Shown here piece after piece: positions 28,825-37,864 of a DNA stretch of 64,000 nucleotides. The stretch is from a virus. The stretch is taken from positions 1 to 64,000 of IMG/VR virus record IMGVR_UViG_3300033816_000828. One strand, 5' to 3'. A model generated the notes under the pieces. The model was given only the letters and a program-made list of their open reading frames with translations. It was not told where the DNA came from and made no database searches. Position 1 is the first letter of the stretch. Each line of letters opens with the position of its first letter. The translations under genes were made by a program, and so were the position numbers.

Positions 28825-30867
28825 TTATAAGTAATCAAACCCATAATCTGGTAATTTTTGTACAGGAAATCCATTAAAATTACTAAAGGCATAAGTTCCA
28901 TTTTGTTTAATCATGCCTTCTGCTACGTCACTATGAATTAAGAATGAACCATCTGGAATTGGACCCCATTCTGGATGACCACCATCATTCCACTTGCCCC
29001 AACTGTTTTGTACTAAAAATGCTGTTTCACCATTGGTATCATCGCAGGCTATCCAAGCCATACAATGAGCCCAACTACCACTAGTTCTAGCAAAACCCTT
29101 ACTATCTCTTTTATTACTAAAACCATAATTAGAACAGACTGCTAATCCGTAGCCATTCGCTAATGCGTCTCGTGCTTCTTCGACACTTTTAATAAGTGAT
29201 GTGGTTCTAATTTGATGGTCATTAGCTAAATCTAATACTTTATCTGGAACACCACGACCACCCCATCCGGCACCTAGCATTCCGTCATATTTACTCAGAT
29301 CAACAACACCCTTATAATTTTTACGAACAAGTACTCCGCCAATCTTATTAACAAATTCAGCAGCTTTACTGCCTGTCATACCTTGACCACTCCAACCACG
29401 AGCACCATAAATGGCTTCGGTTGCTCCTCTTGCTACCCAACTTTCCTTTTCACCTAATATATCAATCTCTACTGCTCTACTAATATCACATGCGTTTCTT
29501 GTGCCGTGTGAGACACAGTTGTGTGAAATTATTCCATTTGCTATAAAAGAATGATCATCTTTAACGTTTATACAATAAACATTATTGGTATAAGTTTCTT
29601 TTATTATTTTACTTATGGGAGCTAATAGACCTAAACTACAAGTTAACCGATTTTGTTTAGAACGCACTTTTGTCATCGTTGATAGTTCGGGATAAATCTT
29701 ATATACCTGATCCCCATATAAATCTACCTGATACGCTTCTTTGCTTTTGTTTCTTGGAGGTCTAATTGTAATGGTATGTTGAATTTGTAAAGAAATTAAT
29801 ATATCTGAAATATTATGTATCAGTGTTTTAGATACCGATACTCCTACTAATTTTCGTCTTTTTTCTGTGGTAACACTACCATCTCCATCAGACCAGCCTC
29901 TTAAAAATGATAGCTTGTGCCATTTAGAAGAATTAAGAATTTCATTATCGAGATTTTTGGTCCATTGATTACCTTTAACAAAGTGAGCAAATAGTCTGGC
30001 TACAATAATATTGGAACATCTCACACAACAGACATTTTGATCAACACGATTAAAAATACTAGATTTAGCACCAAATATATCAGATAACAAATATACTATA
30101 CGGTCTCTGAGTTGAGTTTCTTTGATATTTAGATTAAATGTTATTCTTTCTTTATTTGCTCCATCAACACCTCCTTCTGCGGCATAAAGTCCTATAAGCC
30201 ACATAAGATCATTAGAAAGTTTGATAAATCTTTTAAGTTTATTCTTACTAAATTTAACTCTAATAGTATCATTAATAATTTCATATTTTAAATCTGAAAT
30301 ATAGTTACTTAGATCTAAGATTTTATCATCGACCGAATTATTATTTTGTTTTGGCAAAACTAATAGATCGCCTTCCTTTAAAGATTTAGCTTCTATCCAT
30401 TCATAACCACTATCATTAAATACCATGACTTTGTGATCATTTGTCATAGATAAAATTTTATCATACTTTTTAATATGTACATGGTTAATTTGTTTTTCTG
30501 TTGGCAATTTATTAATTAGTTCATAAACCGGTTTAGGTCTGTTATTGTGTGTAATAACGCTTTCTCCAATTTGTATATCTTCGATATTTTTAAAAGAACC
30601 ATCAGACATTAATACTTTGGTACCTTGGATTAAACAATCACCAGTAACTTGTCGTTCTTCATAAGGTTTTTTATCAAACTTCAATACGCTTTTGTATGGT
30701 GTTGATAATTTACCTTTACCACTATTTGTTATTCTAGAACTAGCATCACCAAAGTATGGATATTTTAAAATTTCCATTAAGTGATCAAATTCTAGTTGAT
30801 TCCAAATAGCTCCTTGAAAGCCTTGTCTATAGTTATTATAAAGATCAATTGGTGATAGTCGAGCCAT
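28825..30867 (-). CDS. Papain-like (C1) cysteine peptidase interrupted by an intein
   Basis: Spliced product reads RQVTGD|CVSHG (oxyanion Q, catalytic C), WAHCM (His), QNSWG..W (Asn). Confidence 0.85.
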   Translation of the reverse strand: MARLSPIDLYNNYRQGFQGAIWNQLEFDHLMEILKYPYFGDASSRITNSGKGKLSTPYKSVLKFDKKPYEERQVTGDCLIQGTKVLMSDGSFKNIEDIQIGESVITHNNRPKPVYELINKLPTEKQINHVHIKKYDKILSMTNDHKVMVFNDSGYEWIEAKSLKEGDLLVLPKQNNNSVDDKILDLSNYISDLKYEIINDTIRVKFSKNKLKRFIKLSNDLMWLIGLYAAEGGVDGANKERITFNLNIKETQLRDRIVYLLSDIFGAKSSIFNRVDQNVCCVRCSNIIVARLFAHFVKGNQWTKNLDNEILNSSKWHKLSFLRGWSDGDGSVTTEKRRKLVGVSVSKTLIHNISDILISLQIQHTITIRPPRNKSKEAYQVDLYGDQVYKIYPELSTMTKVRSKQNRLTCSLGLLAPISKIIKETYTNNVYCINVKDDHSFIANGIISHNCVSHGTRNACDISRAVEIDILGEKESWVARGATEAIYGARGWSGQGMTGSKAAEFVNKIGGVLVRKNYKGVVDLSKYDGMLGAGWGGRGVPDKVLDLANDHQIRTTSLIKSVEEARDALANGYGLAVCSNYGFSNKRDSKGFARTSGSWAHCMAWIACDDTNGETAFLVQNSWGKWNDGGHPEWGPIPDGSFLIHSDVAEGMIKQNGTYAFSNFNGFPVQKLPDYGFDYL
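29518..30636 (-). mobile_element. Intein with LAGLIDADG homing endonuclease (373 aa)
   Basis: Block A CLIQGTKVLMSDG; LAGLIDADG motifs LIGLYAAEG and FLRGWSDGDG; blocks F/G VYCINVKDDHSFIANGIISHN followed by Cys. Confidence 0.93.
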
Positions 30868-31365
30868 TTATTTTGCTCCTTGTGAACAAGCCCACGCCAA
30901 TGCTTTAAAACCCTCAGCAGCCTGAATGCGGGATTCTCTATTTAATGCTACACTATCATCGCCAATAGCCTCAACTATTACAGCCTTACAAGCTTCTGCT
31001 AATTTAGGATATTTATTTTTAATATCCAGTTTGAGCATAGTTCCCGCTAATTTGTTGGCTTGTCTAATTTCTTCTGTATTTTTAATAACCTCATCATCAC
31101 CATCTAAGGTTACAAGAGTTGCTAAATCTACATATAAACTAGATAATCTTTTACCATCAGTTTTACGATCAGGATCACCGTCTTTTAAAACCCTAACAAC
31201 CTCATCAGCTTTAGCTTTTAAGCCTTCTCTAACCGGTGCAGATAATTCTGCAATATCAACAACAACAGGTTGTGGACGATCTACCAATGATCCAAGATCA
31301 GGTTTGAATAATCCAATTCCTATTAGTATAAAAGCTAATGCTAATAATAATGTTTTAGTATTCAT
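30868..31365 (-). CDS. Membrane-anchored/secreted helical hypothetical protein
   Basis: N-terminal hydrophobic LLLALAFILIGIGLF. Confidence 0.65.
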   Translation of the reverse strand: MNTKTLLLALAFILIGIGLFKPDLGSLVDRPQPVVVDIAELSAPVREGLKAKADEVVRVLKDGDPDRKTDGKRLSSLYVDLATLVTLDGDDEVIKNTEEIRQANKLAGTMLKLDIKNKYPKLAEACKAVIVEAIGDDSVALNRESRIQAAEGFKALAWACSQGAK

Positions 31366-31739
31366 GTTGACTCCTTATCTCCACAAACAACAGGACTTAA
31401 AAATGGAAACATTTGATCAGCAACTTCAACCGCTTTGTCGCAGCCACATTCAGACGCTAAATCTCGTGTTTGTTTCCAACTTACAATGAGCTTAAAAAAT
31501 ATATCCTCTTTAGTTGTAACTACAGGTTTGACTGATGGAACAACTACAGCAACAGGAGTTACAGGTTTTAATGGAGATACATTCTTAAATTTTTCTACTA
31601 ATCCGCCTAGAAATGTTTGAACAGGGCTTAGTTTATCCTTAAATAATACCCATAGTATTAAACCAACACCGGCATACAGGGCCAAATCCATTGGTCCAAC
31701 CTTGCTAGCAAACTCTTCAAAAGTTTCTGTGTAATTCAT
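31362..31739 (-). CDS. Hypothetical membrane protein
   Basis: TM segment LALYAGVGLILWVLF; Pro/Val linker. Confidence 0.6.
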   Translation of the reverse strand: MNYTETFEEFASKVGPMDLALYAGVGLILWVLFKDKLSPVQTFLGGLVEKFKNVSPLKPVTPVAVVVPSVKPVVTTKEDIFFKLIVSWKQTRDLASECGCDKAVEVADQMFPFLSPVVCGDKEST

Positions 31740-32122
31740 AGTCCAGCCTCTCTTTTAATAAAAACCCCAGTATTTCTAAAAATTGTAACAGTAGCATCAA
31801 TAGTAGCGCCCACCATAATCATGAGGATATTTTTGATGTACTTATGTATAATAGGCTCAACAAGATTAGGAACAAATGGAACATCTACCACTAAAAATAC
31901 CTTATCGTAAAAACTATTTAATAGTTCTAATGCTATGGCCTTTTTATCTGGACCACTCAAATCATTAGCTACTTTTTCTATAATTTGAACTAAACTTGCC
32001 GTGGCCAATTGTAATAGTTTCCACGCTTCACCAATCGCTATATTTTTAATGCCTGATATTGAATTTTTTGTTTCTTCTGTAATCTTATTAAATTCTACTA
32101 AAATTAATTCTTTCGGTGTCAT
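31736..32122 (-). CDS. Hypothetical protein (holin-like amphipathic)
   Basis: SGPDKKAIAL motif recalls LL-H-type holins; hydrophobic C-terminus. Confidence 0.45.
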   Translation of the reverse strand: MTPKELILVEFNKITEETKNSISGIKNIAIGEAWKLLQLATASLVQIIEKVANDLSGPDKKAIALELLNSFYDKVFLVVDVPFVPNLVEPIIHKYIKNILMIMVGATIDATVTIFRNTGVFIKREAGL

Positions 32123-34884
32123 ACAATAGTTTCTCCAGTATTGATATTTATAGTACCAAGATTTTTAGGTATTGGTAAATTTGTTTCTTTGCACATACAG
32201 TTCATACGCATTCTAGATTGAGTATGATCAACATCATAAATTCTCGTACTATTGACCTCTGGATCGCCTTCACTAGCACCAGGATTAATTTCTGTGTATC
32301 CTAAATCTACTAAATGTTTTAATGTTAATCTGCTTAAAACTCGTTTCTCATTTGGCTCTGGAGCGTATCCAATCATCAATTCGTCCCAAACTCCATAATA
32401 AAATGGTTCTGTAGATTGTTGTAATCTCAATCCATCTTCCCAATGACTATCAACAGTAGTTATATTGCCCTGAGCGGCTCCTCTATTTTCGAGAGGTGTT
32501 TTTGTTCTTGATAATCCAGTTATACTATTATAAGCGGTTTGTGTTTGTGAATATGCTGTACCATTTAATAAGTGATTAATTGGTCGAACACCACCAGATA
32601 GAGTGCTATATTCATAATTCCAATAAACTCCCAGCCCTAATGCATGACACAACTCGTGCGCAAAAATATCTACCCAATTTGAATGATTATATCTATTTTG
32701 ATAAAAGGTATTTACTCCCATAACATAAGAAATTGTATTGGCTTTTACCCCTGGCAATCCATAAACCTGAGCAAATGAGTCGATGCCAGCATATGCAACG
32801 AATGGACCATCTTCTTCATAATGAAAATCAATATAAATTGGAAAAGCTCCACTCCATTCAGCACCATAAAAATTACGTATAGCCTGTACAACAGTATCAT
32901 CATATTTAATGTATTTAGATAATCTATTAGTAGCTTCTAATATATATTCTTTCCATGGAGATATGGCTGTTATATTATTATAGTCTGCATGAAATTGTAA
33001 TATTTCATCTAATTGACTATTATCAAATAATATTGGAGGAGTTTTAGGCGTGACAACATTACTATTATCAGAATATGGGCCAGTTCCAACAGAATTAATA
33101 GCAGCAACCTTAAATATATAAGATGTGTTATTAGTTAAATTATCTACTATATAACTAATTTTATCACTATTTATAGTAGCAACATCTGTCCAAATTGATC
33201 CACTATTTGTCGATTTTTGAATTTTATATGAAATAATTGTTGAGCCACCATTGTCTGATGGTTGTTTCCAATTTAATACAGCCTTGGAATCTAATGGTTC
33301 AGCTTTAAGATTAGTTGGTTTTTGCGGCACTGTTGGCTGAGGAGTAACGCTAGAACTTGCAGAACTATATGGGCTGCTACCAATAAGATTTGTGGCTGAT
33401 ACTCTAAATTTATATGAGGTTCCATTTGTAAGTCCTGTTATTAATACGCTATTTGATGCCACTGCTGATCCATTATTTGATAATGACCATGAAGCGCCAT
33501 TATTTGATGATTGCTGTATTGTATAATTTAATATGGGTAATCCACCAGTATTAACTGGAGCATCCCATGATAATAATACTGATTTATTTTTCGATACACC
33601 CTGCACATTAGATGGAGCATCTGGTGGTGGTGAACCAGGAACAACAGGGATAGAATTATCGCTATATGAACTAGTGCCAATATTATTCACTGCTGCTACT
33701 CTAAAAACATATGATTGTCCAACTGTGAGATTTTCTACTGTCATTGAAGTATTTGATGTAATTGAAGCATAAGTAATCCAATTACTTCCATCATTATATT
33801 GAATTAAATAATATAATATTGGAATATTTAATCCTCCGGTATTTGTTGGTGCTGTCCATGATATGGAAACTGAACTATTACCCAAACCAGTTATTTGCAT
33901 ATTTGTTGGACTGCCGGGAACACTTGTTGGTCTAATAATAATTTTATTACTCCAAACACTACTACCATCTGGTATATTATATTTTTCACTACCAAATACA
34001 TTGAATGCTCTTATTGTTAATGCATAATATAATCCGTTAGTTAAATTAGAAACTGTAAAACTATTAATATTATTAGTATTATTAAATCTTCTTCTAGATA
34101 GTTCAAAAGGAGTAATGTTTTGAGGTGTTGGTATATATTTTTGTGCTTCTGCTAGTGTTTTAAATCCAGCACATCTAATAGCATACTCAACTATATTTTT
34201 TCCACCATTATTGGTTGGAGGTGTCCAATTAACTAAAGCGGCACCACCGCCACTAGCAGGACTACCAACAAAAGATGTTGGTGGTGATGGTGGAGCAAAT
34301 ACTAACACAGAAATAGGAGAGGTTGTTGGACTCCAGCCGTTTTGGTTTTTTGCTGAGATTCTGCATAAATACGTTGTACCATTTGATAATCCTGATATAG
34401 TATAACTAAATATATTAGAAGATATACCTGTTATTGGTGTCCATGAACTGCCACTATTGCTAGAATATTCAATTTTATATTCACTAATTGGTGTGGCTCC
34501 AATATTGGTAGGAGATTTCCAATTAACTAAAATACTATTGATATTATTTAAAGCGGTTACATTTACTGGTACTGATGGAGTTACAGTTAATGGTTTTACC
34601 GGAGATGTTTGTGGGCTGTATGGACCAATACCAAAAGTATTCGTTACAGCTATTCTAAATATATAAAATAGATTGGGATTTAATGATGATATTGTGGTTG
34701 TTGTTACTGTGCCATTTATTCTTCCTGGTGGTGTGGGGAACGTTGTCCATGATGAGCCACTATTTGTACTATATTGTATTGTGAAAAAACTTCTACTAGG
34801 AACACCAGGAAGCTTATTCCATCTTAAAACTATAGATAAGATTTTGGGAGTAACAGAGGTAATAACTGTTGACTGTGTGCTCAT
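32119..34884 (-). CDS. Fibronectin type III repeat protein with C-terminal leishmanolysin-like (M8) Zn-metalloprotease
   Basis: About six FN3 repeats (W..P...GG..I..Y...Y.FRV.A.N..G); HELCHALG, SHW, DELMIG Met-turn. Confidence 0.85.
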   Translation of the reverse strand: MSTQSTVITSVTPKILSIVLRWNKLPGVPSRSFFTIQYSTNSGSSWTTFPTPPGRINGTVTTTTISSLNPNLFYIFRIAVTNTFGIGPYSPQTSPVKPLTVTPSVPVNVTALNNINSILVNWKSPTNIGATPISEYKIEYSSNSGSSWTPITGISSNIFSYTISGLSNGTTYLCRISAKNQNGWSPTTSPISVLVFAPPSPPTSFVGSPASGGGAALVNWTPPTNNGGKNIVEYAIRCAGFKTLAEAQKYIPTPQNITPFELSRRRFNNTNNINSFTVSNLTNGLYYALTIRAFNVFGSEKYNIPDGSSVWSNKIIIRPTSVPGSPTNMQITGLGNSSVSISWTAPTNTGGLNIPILYYLIQYNDGSNWITYASITSNTSMTVENLTVGQSYVFRVAAVNNIGTSSYSDNSIPVVPGSPPPDAPSNVQGVSKNKSVLLSWDAPVNTGGLPILNYTIQQSSNNGASWSLSNNGSAVASNSVLITGLTNGTSYKFRVSATNLIGSSPYSSASSSVTPQPTVPQKPTNLKAEPLDSKAVLNWKQPSDNGGSTIISYKIQKSTNSGSIWTDVATINSDKISYIVDNLTNNTSYIFKVAAINSVGTGPYSDNSNVVTPKTPPILFDNSQLDEILQFHADYNNITAISPWKEYILEATNRLSKYIKYDDTVVQAIRNFYGAEWSGAFPIYIDFHYEEDGPFVAYAGIDSFAQVYGLPGVKANTISYVMGVNTFYQNRYNHSNWVDIFAHELCHALGLGVYWNYEYSTLSGGVRPINHLLNGTAYSQTQTAYNSITGLSRTKTPLENRGAAQGNITTVDSHWEDGLRLQQSTEPFYYGVWDELMIGYAPEPNEKRVLSRLTLKHLVDLGYTEINPGASEGDPEVNSTRIYDVDHTQSRMRMNCMCKETNLPIPKNLGTININTGETIV

Positions 34885-35189
34885 TTTTTAATATTCTTTC
34901 TTTTGGTGGTTGTAGTTTTCTTTTTTGTTGTTACTGGTTTAATATTATTTTCTTTATTATCTGTATTGATATATATTTTTTTAATTTCTGTTCTGCCTTT
35001 TATATATCTAAATAATACACTTAATTGTCCAATAATTAGTATCAAAGCCTCAAGACCTCTACTAGTTTCTTGAATAAGATCTTCTTTTTGAGAATGATCA
35101 TTTAATATGCCTAATAAATATAATCCACTAAATAAGAAACTTACTAATGTAAACCAGAATTCACTAGTCTTGTATCCTGGTTTTATCAT
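34881..35189 (-). CDS. Putative holin-like two-TM protein
   Basis: KPGYKTSEFW, two TM helices, basic C-terminal tail. Confidence 0.55.
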   Translation of the reverse strand: MIKPGYKTSEFWFTLVSFLFSGLYLLGILNDHSQKEDLIQETSRGLEALILIIGQLSVLFRYIKGRTEIKKIYINTDNKENNIKPVTTKKKTTTTKRKNIKK

Positions 35190-35401
35190 CAGACATCACC
35201 ACCATCTACGCCTGAGCTACCGTAGTAATAACTAGGATCATCAAATCTATTATCGTATTTAGATTCTATATCAGCAATGACAGGAGTATTTTTTACATAA
35301 GTATTTAGAACAGAATATTTACCGGTATTAGAGCATGTAACAATGGCTGTGCCATTTTTTAATAGATTTTCTGAAATTGCTTTAGTAATATCATTAGCCA
35401 T
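35189..35401 (-). CDS. Hypothetical protein
   Basis: 70-aa ORF with AAGGA RBS. Confidence 0.55.
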   Translation of the reverse strand: MANDITKAISENLLKNGTAIVTCSNTGKYSVLNTYVKNTPVIADIESKYDNRFDDPSYYYGSSGVDGGDV

Positions 35402-35434
35402 AATATTTTCCTTATTTTAGAAGATATTTAATAT

Positions 35435-35761
35435 TTAGTTTATTGTGACAGTACCGTCTTGATTCATAGTAAAATTACCGATTACTGAATTGCCTTCGGC
35501 TATTGCTTCTGGTTTTACTGTTGCCAAGAGTTGACCTAGTTTGTAATGTAACTCAAAAACCTCTTTAGCATCAGTTCCTAATTCAGCAGCAATTTGTTCT
35601 GGAGTTGCACCAGTACCGTTTTGCCAAAATGTGTTTGATCCACGATTAAATGCGTTGACCATTTGTTGATATGTTTGTCTTGTGGTTTGAATTAGTCTAT
35701 TAGCGGCCAACTTTGCTGGCGACATTGGGGCTGGAACATTATTTTGATCTAATATACTCAT
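35435..35761 (-). CDS. Hypothetical protein (possible fibre-associated chaperone)
   Basis: 108-aa ORF downstream of the fibre genes. Confidence 0.55.
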   Translation of the reverse strand: MSILDQNNVPAPMSPAKLAANRLIQTTRQTYQQMVNAFNRGSNTFWQNGTGATPEQIAAELGTDAKEVFELHYKLGQLLATVKPEAIAEGNSVIGNFTMNQDGTVTIN

Positions 35762-35762
35762 T

Positions 35763-36563
35763 TTAATTTCTCCATATTTCTAGATTTTTGTACTTATCAC
35801 TCAAAAATTTACCAAGAGTTTTTTCACTATCATGAGGTACAGGATTTACTATTGGGCGAATAGAGTGTAGATTGGGAATTCTATGAACACCTTCATCGTC
35901 CTCTTTAGTATACTGTTCAACATTATTAAAATTGTGATTAAAGTAAGGCAATTCTAAATAATCATACACCAACTTCATAGTTTGTGCTGGCGTTGATGTT
36001 AATGCGTCAAATTCCAAAAAAAATAACTTATTCTTATAACCACGACTTATAGCATCTTTGACTCTGTTGTAGGCTAATCCTACTGGCTGACTTTGATTTG
36101 ACCATATTTCACACCGACCTTCCACAGTTTGAGCTTTAAAATAATCACTTTGTTCAAAATTCCATTGAGAAAATCCTGTGCTTTTTCTCCATAATTTTTC
36201 AAAACTACTTAATATTTCATTTAAATTACGTACCGGAACAATAATTTTAGGAGTATATCCCAAAATAAATTCCATCATTTCTATTAAGCTTAACCAGCCC
36301 CTGCCCTTATCTATTAACAAGTTTTTATCTGTAGTATGATAATTATTAAGAACAGATGTTAGTACTCTTTTTAATTGATCGTAATCCACACCTTCTGCTT
36401 GATGTTCAATTAAACGATCCCACTGATTGCGTATATTAAATAAAATGTCGTGGCATCCGCTTGTAGCTTTGCTAACAAACAAATTATCATTTTGAGCCAA
36501 TATGTTGCAAAGTAGTGTGCTTCCTGATCGTGGAAGTCCGCTAATAAAAAAGAAATTTTTCAT
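35763..36563 (-). CDS. Sulfotransferase family protein
   Basis: FFISGLPRSGSTLL PAPS-binding loop; IDK.RGW; KIIVPVR...ILSS. Confidence 0.85.
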   Translation of the reverse strand: MKNFFFISGLPRSGSTLLCNILAQNDNLFVSKATSGCHDILFNIRNQWDRLIEHQAEGVDYDQLKRVLTSVLNNYHTTDKNLLIDKGRGWLSLIEMMEFILGYTPKIIVPVRNLNEILSSFEKLWRKSTGFSQWNFEQSDYFKAQTVEGRCEIWSNQSQPVGLAYNRVKDAISRGYKNKLFFLEFDALTSTPAQTMKLVYDYLELPYFNHNFNNVEQYTKEDDEGVHRIPNLHSIRPIVNPVPHDSEKTLGKFLSDKYKNLEIWRN

Positions 36564-36587
36564 AATATTCTCCTATGACTATACTAT

Positions 36588-36616
36588 ATTATAGCCAAGC
36601 GATCAACCATACGCAA
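36588..36616 (-). promoter_or_regulatory. sigma70-like promoter for the sulfotransferase gene
   Basis: TTGCGT-17 nt-TATAAT, then an AGGAG RBS. Confidence 0.55.
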
Positions 36617-37829
36617 TTTCTACACCATCAACATGAGCAACCCAGCGAATAGTTTCACCAGTTTGCCCGATCACATTAATTTGAAGAGCATCATTTGTAT
36701 CATCGGCTGTTATTGATACATCATAAGAAGCGTCATCTTCAACATCTGTGCCTAATATACTAACTGTTCCTATAAGGCTTGTGGTTCCGCTTATGTTTTT
36801 AATTGCTACTTTACGAATATAATGAATGGCTTTGCTACCACCATTAATAATACCAGCAATAGAAACTGTAGCAAATAAAGCCTTGCCAGACGGAATAGTT
36901 AATCTTATACTGTTACTATCAAGAAAGAGTTCTGTTGGTGTGTCATCTGACGTAATTTGACGTAGAATAAAATTTACTCTTTGTGCATCACCGTCAGATG
37001 CAAAACTTCCGGCGGAATATGCTTGCATTCCGTACCTGTCGGCTTTAGCCTGTAACCCGCCGCTTATGGTGCTGCCGATGGCGCTAGCATTGTTGTTATT
37101 GCCGCCACTCACAGTGCTGTAGTACGCGCTGGCGGTATTACTGCCGCCGCCACCAATCGCAGAAAGGGGGCCACTGGCCGTGTTGCTGTTACCGCCGCAA
37201 ATGCTGGCATAAAAATTTGTGGCGCTGTTGTAATTTCCGCCACCAATAGTGGCATACAAAGCACTGGCGGTGTTATGCGAACCGCCGCCAACAAAACCTT
37301 CGTTTTCCGCCGTGTTGTAACGACCGCCGCATACAACGGAATAAGGAGCGATAGCGGTGTTGTTTTGACCGCCGCCGATAAACGCGTAGTCGCTCCCGAT
37401 AGGAATTGAATTGTAAGATCCGGCGCTAATTCCGGCGTATGTGCTTTCAACAGTGTTCTGATAGCCGCCGCCGATAAACGAGTAGTCGCTGAACTGAGCG
37501 TTGTTATTTTTACCACCTCCAACCACAGCATACGAACCGCTAACCGTATTGTTGTCTCCACCACCAACAACGCTACTGCCAGCGTTAACACCTACACTAT
37601 TGCCGCCATTAGTTGGTAAAATATTAAAATTTTCGTCAAGTATATATGGAAATGCTGGAAATAGTCCGCTAACACTACTATTAAAATCTGTTATATTTGA
37701 ACTGGTATGAGTATGTCCACTAACGCTAACAAATACATTATTTAATGTTAAGCCTGTTGTAAAATTACCACTAGAGGCAATAAGATTGCCGCTTGTTGTA
37801 ACATCATTATTACTATAATTAATTGCCAT
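36603..37829 (-). CDS. Tail fibre/adhesin with Gly-rich beta-roll repeats
   Basis: Repeats of about 14-15 aa (S/A)x(I/V)xGGxxNxA; HTH..SNITDF motif; C-terminal IRWVA domain shared with 37865..42403. Confidence 0.75.
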   Translation of the reverse strand: MAINYSNNDVTTSGNLIASSGNFTTGLTLNNVFVSVSGHTHTSSNITDFNSSVSGLFPAFPYILDENFNILPTNGGNSVGVNAGSSVVGGGDNNTVSGSYAVVGGGKNNNAQFSDYSFIGGGYQNTVESTYAGISAGSYNSIPIGSDYAFIGGGQNNTAIAPYSVVCGGRYNTAENEGFVGGGSHNTASALYATIGGGNYNSATNFYASICGGNSNTASGPLSAIGGGGSNTASAYYSTVSGGNNNNASAIGSTISGGLQAKADRYGMQAYSAGSFASDGDAQRVNFILRQITSDDTPTELFLDSNSIRLTIPSGKALFATVSIAGIINGGSKAIHYIRKVAIKNISGTTSLIGTVSILGTDVEDDASYDVSITADDTNDALQINVIGQTGETIRWVAHVDGVEIAYG

Positions 37830-37864
37830 TTAACTTCCCCCCATGTTTATAATAATTAATAAGA

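Noticed and set aside
30926-31489. 187-aa plus-strand ORF and the other short plus-strand ORFs in the track
   Set aside because: Antisense shadows of well-supported minus-strand genes, with no RBS or motifs
37109-37591. 160-aa alternative-frame ORF inside the fibre gene
   Set aside because: Explained by stop-codon depletion in the GC-rich repetitive island
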